NCBI RefSeq assembly: GCF_964204645.1
Contig: NC_134030.1
Location: 15,128,110-15,192,109 of the forward strand
DNA: 64,000 nucleotides
Direction of reading: 5' to 3'
Source of the DNA: Tubulanus polymorphus
Taxonomy: Eukaryota > Animalia > Nemertea
In this document: positions 53,201 to 64,000 of the stretch, piece by piece
Numbering within the stretch: the first letter of the stretch is position 1
Layout: every line of letters starts with the position of its first letter
The notes under the pieces: generated by a model
Databases searched by the model: none
The model's input: only the letters and a program-made list of their open reading frames with translations
What the model was told of the DNA's origin: nothing
Position numbers and translations under genes: made by a program

Positions 53201-54965
53201 AGGCTGGTTTTCCACCAGAAACAGATCAATCAAATTTATTTCCCTTTAGCTGTTTCCACAACAATGGTGCGGCACTGTTGGACAGGACGGACACACATTT
53301 TCAAGTTTGTATTAATCAATTTTCTACTGCGTCTGCACAGTAATTAGTCAGAATTTTCAGGGAAATCCCCAATAAAAATGGCCCCACCACCCGAAGACCT
53401 GCAGATAAATTTCTGTGTCAGAGCCAAAATTGAGGTAATGCCTGCGCTTACGCCTTTCTCGTGGAAAATCCTAGTTTAGGCATAATACGCAACCAATTCA
53501 ATATTTCCTTATGCCAAATGATTAATAAAAGCCCTTCATTTCTGGATTCAATAAGACTCAGTGTGTTTTTATAGACTGTGGCACTAGTCCAAATAGAATA
53601 ATTTTCAATTTTGGTCCGCCGTTTATGATAAGGCCTATCTTGATGACGCAAATTGTAAGTCAACTCGTAATAGGGAGTACACATTCTATTTATCAACTTG
53701 ACAGATCTAATTACGTATGTTTTCAGATTTCGAATAAACCCAATTATATTCGAGTAAAAGTCATCAAAATAAATAAGGTAAGAACGCTAGCTCATAAAAT
53801 TAGTTTTGAAGTAGTATGAGAAACTGGGAATATCTCACTTATTTCCAATGCCATATAAACATACAAGGTATCATTCGATTCGTTTTTAGATGGGTTTTAA
53901 TACTATTGGGTATTTCGATGACTGAACTGTCTATTCTAACTTAAATTCTTACAAAACCTTGAGATTTCAGAGGCCCAAAACCGGCAAAATGACAAAATTA
54001 CTTCCTGGTTTTCAGCGCGGCCCTGGGAAATTAATATGGTGAAAGTTGAGAAAACTGGAACATAGGTAAACGCTAAAACACGTAAATTTTCATTTTAGAT
54101 ATGTTTCGGTTCGAATCCCAAATACTTTATACCTTAAACATGACATTAGTCCGGGTGCTGTTCCGTATTCATTCTACACGCGCGCTCAGCCGCGAAGCTA
54201 TTTTTAGCGCAACAATCAATTTAACCACTACGTCATAACGTTCGACATGGTCGCATTTGCCTTTACTCGTACCGTCGTGAAAGATGTCGCTAAAATGCTT
54301 GTATCATCAGGGGTAGACAAATTATCCGAAGATAAATGAAAACTCCACCTTGTTGATCGTCAGTTGATTTAGCTGTAATTATTTCGTCTGGATCAATCGA
54401 CACATAATTCATTTCAAAATCTGTGTTCAGAAGAATTTCTTTCAATAAAATAAGAATCTATTTGAATAATTTTTTACTAATGTATTCAGGAGTGAATTTT
54501 AATTGATCTCAAAACCAGAGAAAGCATTCTTCAAAAATTTAGAAAGTCCTAGAATCATAATCAAATTCTGTGAAGTCATTTAAGGTCTTTTGCTCGAATG
54601 AAGCCAAGTGCTCGGGTGACTAAAATTCAATTCCTCACTGTCCTATAATGCCGAGTACGATGGAGTTTACACACTGAAAGACGTTGCGCTGTGTAAGTGT
54701 AATTTGCATAATTCAGCAATATAAAGACGGCCCTGCCCCGCTCCATCTGAGATCACAAACAAGTTGGACTGTATTGCTTCGATGCTTTGACAAATGAACT
54801 CCTAATATCCACATATCCAGCATAATGTTGACCCAGGTTGCACTTCTTGGCAATAGTCATATGTTATGGGCTAGAATTATTTCGATGAAATCTTCGTACG
54901 CTTCCCAGTTCGACATATGAACCAATTAGGCAGAAACCCGTTATCGCTGCTGTGCAGCTATATTT
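50218..54965 (+). mobile_element. Helentron/HINE-type non-autonomous element with about 4.5 kb of internal cargo
   Basis: 5' subTIR hairpin AGGGTTTCTGC-7nt-GCAGAAACCCT then (TTA)n; 3' subTIR GCAGAAACCC plus hairpin GCTGC-TGT-GCAGC then TATATTT; T-run flanks; piggyBac sequence on both sides. Confidence 0.65.
51476..51800 (+). repeat. About 325-bp repeat with an inverted copy at 57283-57842 (the latter carries an insertion)
   Basis: Reverse-complement match from GAAGGTACAGAGCC to TGATAAACAAGAC. Confidence 0.85.
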
Positions 54966-55180
54966 CCTTTTTTAGTATTGTCTTGGTAAAAATAGGTGTC
55001 AGCAGAAGATCGTCAGTGGTCCAGTAATCAGAAATTTCGGGCTTCTTGACGATGCCCGTGAGCAGAAGCTGTTTCAGTTCAGGCATTGTCATATCAGACC
55101 AGGATTTGAGCCTAGAGTTCAGTGACATGGGGCCAGGATGTTGTGGTTGCACAACTGGAACACATCCTGCTGGACCGAAT
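54966..55180 (-). pseudogene. piggyBac transposase N-terminal fragment
   Basis: WSDMTMPELK...LTGIVKKPEISDYWTTDDLLLTPIF. Confidence 0.8.
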
Positions 55181-56448
55181 GGGTGATTTTAAAGTCAGTG
55201 TTGGTGTTAGTGTTGGTTGTTGGTGTTAGTGTTAGTGTTAATATCTACCCCTTAACAACCAGTGTTATGTTATCACTAACACTGGTGTTGGTGTTAACAC
55301 TGATGTTAACACCGTTGTTAGTGTCAAGATAAGCCTGATTTTATCATCAAGGAGGGATTAATATCATCAGTGGCAGAAGGTAAATAAAAATCTTATTTCA
55401 CCAATATAGGCATGTTTTTCCATAACAAAAAAACAATGCCAGTGATCCATCAGTACTGTGACCAGCATTTCCGGGCAGCGTATCCAAGAAGGCCATAAAT
55501 TCGTCGGACCATTCAGCGACGGTTTTGTCATGGGTAGCTCCCGGCAGGCCTGATATGACATGACGTATCCTGCCCCTCTTATCAACAATATATTGAACGT
55601 TTATGGAATCACACAACTTCCCTGGTCTCCCGCAATAAAAAGCATCTCCAGTGCCTTTTGGGCGTTGTACGCGAACAACCACAACATCAATGTACAAAAT
55701 TACATTGACTTCATTCCCTTGCGTCAGACGAAGGGGAGATGACAAGTCCTGAAACTCATCTGGCTCTGGTAGTCGAATGTGTTGCGGCGAAATGTCTGAA
55801 ATAAAGTCTGCAACTTCATGGATATAAGTGAAAGCAGTACAAGTGGCCACACCGTAACTGTAGGCATGCTGCCTATAATAACCTCCTGAAGTAAGGTATG
55901 ACAAAAAAAGTCCATTCGTCTTTGTGAAGATAGAAAGGAGGCACCTTGTAATCCATTTGCAACCCTGTGGTTATGAAATTCAACAGATATCTGCTGCAAT
56001 TGAAATTCTAACAATCTTAAGTGTTTCTCTGGTCGCTGTGCTGAAGGCAGCTCGACGAACAAGATTTGGCCCTCTAACATTTAAAATACCAGCAACAACT
56101 TCTAAAATCGAACAATGATCATTTTGTTTCACTTAGCAAAAATTTCAGAAGAAAATGGCTGCTAACACTTTGTTAGAGCCATAAACTGACGTTGGTGTTA
56201 ATGCCTAGAGGTTAGTGTTAGTTGCAATTGAAAACCCATTGACATTTTCACCAAGATAACACTGCCTTGATATTAAGGTCAGTGTTAATGTAACATTAAC
56301 ACTACCTGGAACACTAACAGCGTTGATCACACTAACATTCGTTGTTAACACTAACACCGAGTGGGCAGTTTATTTCTGATGTTAACTCGGTTGTTAGTGT
56401 TAGTGTTAGTATTAACCCTCAGTGTTAATACCTACTTTAAAATCACCC
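55181..56448 (-). mobile_element. PIF/Harbinger transposon with a truncated DDE transposase (about 55398-56100)
   Basis: TIR GGGTGATTTTAAAGT at both ends, AAT flanks, GTGTTA subterminal repeats; HARBI1-like motifs YID..V...RP, SINVQ, PGATHD. Confidence 0.85.
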
Positions 56449-58856
56449 AATGGATTTTACATTGCAAATAACACTAACCACTAAGTGTTGACACCAACGT
56501 CAGTTTATGGCTGTAAAAAGGTGCTAACATCCATTTTCTTCAGCAATTTTTCAATGTGAATCAAAATGATCTTTGTTCATTTTCAAGAAGTTGTTGCTGG
56601 TAATTTGAATGTTAGAGGGCCAAATCTTGTTCGTTGAGCTGCCAGCACAGAGTGACCTGAGAAACGCTTAAGATTGTTAGAACCTCAATTGCAAGAGATA
56701 TCTGTTGAGTTTCGTAACCATGATCAAATCTATCTGTCTCGGGTATGAGAGATCCCTTTCCAAAGAATACCCAACACAAATTGCAATGAAAAATGGCAAA
56801 CCATTAGGAAGCTACAGGACTCAGAATACAGGCCAAAATTGACATTTTTGGGGACAAAAAAGGTCACAGGACAGCCATCTTGAGACCGATTGACCCAATT
56901 TTTCTCATGCTGATGGGCTTTTGGGGATAGAAATATATACAAACGATCAAGGTAATTGATAAAAGTGTCTTCAAAATTTCCCTCAAAAATTTCGAAAATG
57001 TGTAAAAAGTGCTGATAAATTTTTAGCAAAAAATAATGGCTGCCAGTCGGCCACCTTGAATCTGACAGGGCTGAAGATCTGTCTAGGGTAGATACATGTA
57101 TTAACCAAATATCAAGACATTACCTTCAAGCGTCTTCAAAACTTTCCAAAATAACTGGATTCCGTCTACTGACGGACGGACGAACGGACGGCCGAAAAGT
57201 GAACGCAATAGCCCAAAGGGACTAAAGTCCAAATAGGCTAAAAACTACATTCTATACCAGATCCAGTTGAAGAAAATTCTCTGTCTTGTTTATCATGACG
57301 CCGCCATTTTGACTAGCGGAAATTGATGATTGACACTAATCAAATCTTTAAAACTAATCTTTCAGCGATGTGCAGACACTATAAATGAACGGTAAGATTA
57401 GGGATATTTATGTGCTGGGTCGGATCATGGGTCATGAGGAATTCTTTAGGGCAGATTATATTTTAGAAAAGGCGCTCTAGCTCTGGTGCAATTTTCACCG
57501 AAATAATATGATGATGACGATTTATTTGCATAAAAGAATTGTTACAGAGTTAACATATAAATACACAATTTAAGCAAAACAATGTACCAATAGATATGCG
57601 AGGAATAAGGAGAAATCAATTTTATGTTTTATATGTTAATTACAGTTTTTTAATGTTTTCTTTTATAAACATTATTGAAAATACATCGCAGAATAGATTT
57701 TAGATCCTTCCACGCGCGTATTGTGAGACCGCGCGGTGTTGTTTTTTTTTAGTATTATGACATCATAACAACATTCGTGCACCTAGATAGTTCACGTGTT
57801 TGGTGTCAAGGTCGCTGAGAGTTACGGCTCTGTACCTTCGTGAAGAGTGAATAAAGAGCAAAACTTTTCCAAACTTACCCCAAGAAAATGAAGAATTAAG
57901 CTATGAAAATCAGTTTTGAAGTCTTGTTGCATTGAAGAGTGAATATTTTCAAAGGACAACGAAGTCAATATTTACATTACAAAGTGTCTGAACTAATTTC
58001 CAAGTTGAAACATGATATTTAGACATATTTTCAAGCCAAATGATGGCACATGACTCATGAGATCATTCCAGACGATAAATAAATCCACTAAGTCATTTGA
58101 AAAATATTTCCACCTAATCTATGTTTGACACATGATTATTCTTAAAATGACACTAAAAATTCAACAATGGATGTTTAGCAAAAAATATAATATTGGTTTG
58201 TTTTAATATGGACTCGCATGAGTACGGCTTTATCCCTTCATGAATGACCATGCAGTTGATGGGATATTAGGCACTCATGAATTCAGTAGTCGCCTGACCT
58301 CAGTTACACATAGAGTTGAGTGGTAGAAACTGCAGGGATCCAGATGTGTAGTGATAACAACTCTTGGATACACCGCAATCATTTCCACTGGGATAGACTT
58401 TAACTATAAAGCCCCATGGTCAACATGTGTAGAAGGAAACGACCATGAAACTCTCCACAATCATAGAACATTTCATGGGGTTTAACTAAGTGATTGATTG
58501 TGGTTTTTTATAATAATTATTTGTACCAAAGCGATATACGAGGCCAAAGTTATTTGATCATTTCTCTCCTTTTCGTGGGGAGAAGGGTAATGTTAGCCCT
58601 TCGTGGGCTAGAAAATAATCAATAAGGCCAGTTTCAAAATTATACGAATCATCTATCATCATTTATTGCTTTTATCCTAACAAGTTATGAATCTATAGCA
58701 ATAGCAAAATATGGGATTGATATTAATTAATCATATAAATAAAGCCTCATAACAGTTAACTTCAAGGGGTGAAAATTGTGTTTGAAACAAAGCTCAGTTC
58801 ATTATATAGAATATGAAAGCTGGAACCTCACCATTACGAAATTCAGATTTACCTAC

Positions 58857-59042
58857 CATCAGTATGACCAGGTGTTGAAATACATTGGATCTTATGTCTG
58901 CCAAACTCGATGAAATCATTGTCATTGAAAAGAATATCAGCTTTTGCTCCACTATACTTGCTGATGATAGATTTAACATTCGGTCGTTTGGATTTAATGT
59001 GTCCAGTCCCAGTTATATGATCAGCGTGACAGTGTGTATTGA
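58857..59042 (-). CDS. ETHE1: ETHE1 exon, 186 nt (NTHCHADHITGTG...TPGHTD)
   Basis: Metallo-beta-lactamase THxHxDH and TPGHT motifs; acceptor CTTTTTAG, donor GTAGGT, phase 1/1. Confidence 0.96.
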
Positions 59043-59280
59043 CTAAAAAGATAAAAACAGCCGCCATTAAGAAAAAGAAACAAAATTCTTAATATGGACT
59101 TTCCTAAATTACATGAGTGCATGTTTAATTACCATCAAAATTAAACATTGGTAGTCTAGATTATAAGCAGAGCAAATGAAAAATAGTGAAAACAATTCGA
59201 TTGAATTCAAATGATGGGATAAGACTGACTTTTTACAGACAATTAGATCGAAAATACGGACGGAAAATATCAAGAAAAAA

Positions 59281-62263
59281 ATATAGCTGCAAAGCAGCGA
59301 TAACGGCTTTCTGCACAGTCTTAGAATCCTGTTCAATGGTGGATTTCGACAAAGCATTTGATCAGGCACAACATCAGCCATTACTTAACAGGCTATTAGG
59401 AAACAGTATCAATGATATGTAGCTCAAATGGCCCAGCAGTTATCTCTTAACGAAAACTTGTAGCCGAAATCAACGGAACGTCTCATCTTGGAATAAGTCG
59501 GTCTAACTAGTGGAGTCACGCAAGGTAGTATCCTAAGTCGTCTTCTCTTTAATGTCCTGACAAATAACATACACAGTAATCCAAAATATACTGAGACCGA
59601 GAACATTTCCAAAACGACCTCAACACGCTGTTTGACCAAAAAACTTAACGTTCCGACAAGAAAATCTTGTTCGAATGAAAACAATTCTGTTTGATCGAAC
59701 AATACGCTTTTTGTTATTGTTGCAATGAAAAACTTTTTGTCCCGGCAAAAAAGTTTGGTTGAGCGAAAACAATTTTTTTCTAATGAATGTTTAAATGAAA
59801 ACAATTCTGTTCAATTGAACGAAATACTTAATACTTTTGGTTTCAGAGAAAATACTTTGTAAAATATACTTGTTCGAACGAAAAACTTAATGTTCTGACA
59901 AGAAAATTCTGTTCAAATTAAAATGATTCTGTTCGATCGAACAATTGTTCGAACGAAAAACCTTTCGCTTGGACAAAATAAAGTTTTTTCAACTCTGTTC
60001 TAACGATTTTTTCAAATTGGTTCAATCGAACAGAATATTATTGGTTCGAACGAGATAAATTTTGTTCCAACGAAAGAATTTTCAAGCGAAAGGTCTTTTG
60101 AACGAAAAAAAAATGATATTTCTGGGGCTCTGCAGTAACTTAAAGCCGAACGTAGGTCGGCCTTGTGACACGATGCGATCCTCGCGATGCATCGCAAGTT
60201 TCGGTGCAAGTCAGTTGCGATACGATTGTCAGCGACTGTGTGCGATTTTTTTGCCAGTCGCAAGAGCCCGAAGGTCGGTTGTGACAGTCCTGTAGCATCG
60301 CAGAAAGTGGAACACGTGCGACTCCTTGTGACTGGCGTTGCTGACAGTCGCAAGGGAGCGTAGGTCATGAGTCGTTGCGACATAATCGTCGCTGGCAGTC
60401 GCAGTGAATCACAAGCTATCGCAAAGCCGAACAACGCCCGGCTTAAGTCATTAGGAATTAATGAAATACCAGTTTTATTTATGATGAAAAAAACTCAAAT
60501 GAAAAGTCTGGCTTATAAAGCTGTCTGCTCAGACGAAATTTTCAAAAAAATCATCATTTTTGGCAATAAAATTGATAATTGTGATTGATCGTTGCAAGTC
60601 AGAACCAGTTAATCACTAATTAACATGCATTTTAATAAATCTGTTTCCTCCTTTACTTAAGTGAACTTAGCATTAACCTAGTAGAGGCTACTAGCCTATG
60701 AAGGCCTATGTATATGCGTAGGCCTAACATCCGGACAGATTGGTCGTAGGCCTATTGAATAACAACCCTCCTAAATATCGTAAATTTTGTTTTGAAGTTC
60801 AATCCAATGAGTCCGTTAATAAACGCAACAAATTAAAAGGCCTAATTTTGAGCAACGCCAGTCACAAGAGTCGCATGTGTTCTACTTTCAGCGATGCGAC
60901 ACGACTGTCACAACCAACGGACGCGCTCTTGCGACTGGCAGAAACTAGTCGCACACAATCGTATCGCAACCGACTTGAACCGCAACTTGCGATGCGACAC
61001 GATAAGCAGGGCGTAGGTCGGCCTTGCAACAGCTTGTGACTCACTGCGACGCCAATCACTGCGACCGCCAGTGACGCCAATCACTGCGACCGCCAGCGAC
61101 GATTGTGTCGCAACGACTCATCGACCTACGCTCCCTTGCGACGGGTTGCGACTTTCAGCAACGCCAGTCACAAGGAATCGCACGTGTTACACTTTCTGCG
61201 ACGCGACACGACTGTCACAACCAACCGACGCGCTCTTGCGACTGTCGGAAACTAGTTGCACACAAACGTATCGCAACCGACTTGCACCGAAACTTGCGAT
61301 GCAACGCGCGGATCGCATCGTGTCACAAGACCAACCTACGTCCGGCTTTAAGTTACTGCGGAGCACCAGAAATATCTTTTTTTTCCTTCAAAAGACCTTT
61401 CGCTTGAAAATTCTTTCGTCGGAACAAAATTTATTTCGTTCGAACCAATAATATTCTATTCGATTGAACCAATTTGAAAAAATCGTTAGAACAAAGTTGA
61501 ACAAACTTTTTTTTGTCCAAAAAAAAGTTTTTTCGTTCGAACAATCGTTCCATCGAACAGAATCGTTTTAATTTGAACAGAATTTTCTTGTCAGAACATA
61601 AGGTTTTTCGTTCGAACAAGTATATTGAAAAAAGTTTTTTCTCTGAACCGAAAGTATTAAGTATTTCGTTCAATCAAACAGAATTGTTTTCATTCAAACA
61701 TTCGTTCGAAAAAATTGTTTTCGCTCAAACAAATTTTTTTGCCGGGACTAAAAATCTTTCATTTCAACAATAACAAAGCTTTTTATTCGAACACATTTTT
61801 TGTCAGAATGAAGAAAATTTTTGGTTCAAGTAAAAAGCGTACTGTTCGATCAAACAGAATTTTTTTCATTCGAACAAGATTTTCTTGTTGGAACATTAAG
61901 TTTTTTGGTCGAACAGCGTGTTAAGGTCGATTTGGAAATTTACTCGGTCTGGTATATGTTGGATTACTGTGTATGTCATTTGTCAGGACATTAAACAGAA
62001 GATAACTTAGGATACTACCTTGCTTGACTCCACTAGTTTGACCGACTTATTCCAAGATGAGGCGTTCCGTTGATTTCGGCTACAAGTTTTCGTTCAGAGA
62101 TAACTGCTGAGCCATTTGGGCGACCTATCATTGATACTGTTTCCTAAAAGCCTGCTTAGTTATGGCTGATGTTGAGCCTTATCAAATGCTTTGTCAAAAT
62201 CCACCGTTGAACAGGATTCTAAGACTGTGCAGAAAACCCGTTATCGCTGCTTTGCAGCTATAT
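59281..62263. repeat. Foldback inverted repeat: arms about 59281-60407 and 61081-62263
   Basis: Continuous but diverged reverse-complement match over about 1.15 kb; spacer about 670 bp. Confidence 0.9.
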
Positions 62264-62786
62264 TTATAATTATTATTTTATGTCACACTATTTCCACTAA
62301 AGGAACAAAGGCTTTGTTACCTTGCCGCTGTTGTCGATACAGGTGGTATGATATCGTTCAGCTCACTAAGATCTACAAATACTCCGTGTGTTTTTTCACA
62401 AATTATCGTTACAAAAGCACTGTCGAGCCGTAAACATCGAAAATTTAACCCCATTCAATGGGGCGACATGTTTTTCGAGTCGTCATCCCGAAATCAACCC
62501 ACAGGCCGAGTGTGACTTCGATTATCAATTCAAGTATAAATGAACTAATTTATTGCTGCAGACTTCACATTCAGCTGCGGTCCTCAAACAGTACTTTTAA
62601 CAATAGCCCATTTTCCTCATCAAATCATATTACCCATAGGAAATTTACTACTGTAGATTTGAAAAGCACTGTCGAACCGTAAACATCGACGAATCGATGT
62701 GTGTCACTACATCGTCGTTCCGGCGATCAGCTGCGAGTTTCTCCTCATCATGAGAATCAAATCGAGTACAAATGAATTTATTACTA

Positions 62787-63578
62787 CCAGTGATTTCGCT
62801 GCAGGTTTCAAGCAGTTAGTTTAACAATACCTATTTTTCTTTTCCAAATTAACCGTATTTTTACTAAGATAAATCTTTAGTATACTGGGGAGTCGAAGGC
62901 CTAAACTAAACACGCCGAAGAGATAAAGCAGAGAAAAGCTGTTGTGTCGACGAGGTATCAAAATAAAAGAATATATTACCTTATTCGGCCTTTATATCAA
63001 TATCATCAATACTCTATATTTCCTGCAGTACATACCGATCATTGTCAAATGCACAAGGTATTTACTAAATACAAGTATATAACACACTGGATTCACACTT
63101 GACATTTGGAGTAAACGTTCGCTGCGGGGGAAAGGAGATCGTTCGCTGTGTCGCTTGAAGTGTTTATCGAGTTAGGCCTAATAAATAACGCGGCGAACGA
63201 TCTCCTTTCCCCCACAGCGAACGCTTGCTCCGAATGTCAAATGTGAGTCCAGCATACGGAAAGGAGTGTGTTATATACTTGTATTTAGTAAATACCTTGT
63301 GCATTTGACAATGATCGGTATGTACTGTAGGAAATATCGAGTATTGATGGTATTGATATAGAGGTTGAAGCCCGCGGCCGAATAAAGTAATATATTCTTT
63401 TATTTTGATACCTCGTCGACATAACAGCTTTTCTCCGCTATATCTCTTCGGCGTGTTTCGTTTAGGCCTACGACTCCCCTGTACACTTATGATTATCTTA
63501 GTAAATACACGGATAATTTGGTAAAGAAAAATAGGTATTGTTATACTAACTGCTTGAAGCCCGCAACCAAATAACTGG
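62787..63578. repeat. Second inverted repeat: arms about 62787-63146 and 63193-63578, loop about 46 bp
   Basis: GGGGGAAAGGAGATCGTTCGC versus GCGAACGATCTCCTTTCCCCC, with a continuous match outward. Confidence 0.9.
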
Positions 63579-64000
63579 TCACAGGGACTTGTCACGACTG
63601 ATAATGGATGAGACCAATGATGGGGGTACCAGTATCCCTGCAACTGTATAATAAAATAACAAGGGTGGCAACAAATTTTCAATCTGACAATGTATTCTCC
63701 ACTTCAATCGACTGTAATTCCAAAAATTCTCAACCGATTCACATGAAATAAGCTTTAATACAACCTAGAAGACTTTCTGCTTCGACCGAGCCTACAACCA
63801 CCACTCTCCGACAATTATCTCACAACGAAATCACCTTTTTTTGACGAGAGCTCACCCATCGCGTGGATTATACAAATAAATGAGATAAGCGTACAGGTAT
63901 GACCGCGTAGTTTTAAAAAATGTATAGTTTGTTGGGGTTATCTCTAAGATTTCACATAGAAATCATCGTTTGAAGTGAAAAATACGACCATTTTGCTGTC

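Noticed and set aside
60012-63682. Several 70-172-aa ORFs in the palindromic region
   Set aside because: They are overlapping frames on both strands of MITE and low-complexity repeats, with no protein motifs.
59043-64000. Upstream ETHE1 exons (FRQLF..TYTYLL..IDPV)
   Set aside because: No such motif was found by eye; the region is almost all repeat, so the exons probably lie beyond the window.

Overview
AT-rich invertebrate (metazoan) genomic DNA, not prokaryotic. The only clear host gene is ETHE1 (mitochondrial persulfide dioxygenase) on the minus strand. Five coding exons run from 59042 down to 23022, separated by TE-filled introns of 1.4-17.7 kb; the 5' exons were not found and probably lie beyond the window. 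Bases 1-3768 hold a decayed, very AT-rich cluster of co-oriented viral-style genes resembling a Polinton/adintovirus-like structural module, with a penton-like gene. Six of its starts share a compact upstream TAATTTT(T)n...TAAAT(AT)G motif reminiscent of poxvirus transcription signals. Bases 6823-21976 are one Merlin (ISXO2/IS1016-like) transposon with TIRs, an 8-bp TSD and an adjacent empty-site copy, inflated to 15 kb by three nested LINEs. The ETHE1 introns contain DIRS, hAT (with an apparent spliceosomal intron), Tc2-, EnSpm- and Harbinger-type elements and piggyBac relics. They also contain a Helentron/HINE-type family that carries multi-kb cargo and forms kb-scale foldback palindromes at 59.3-63.6 kb. 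All family assignments come from motif recognition by eye; no searches were run.
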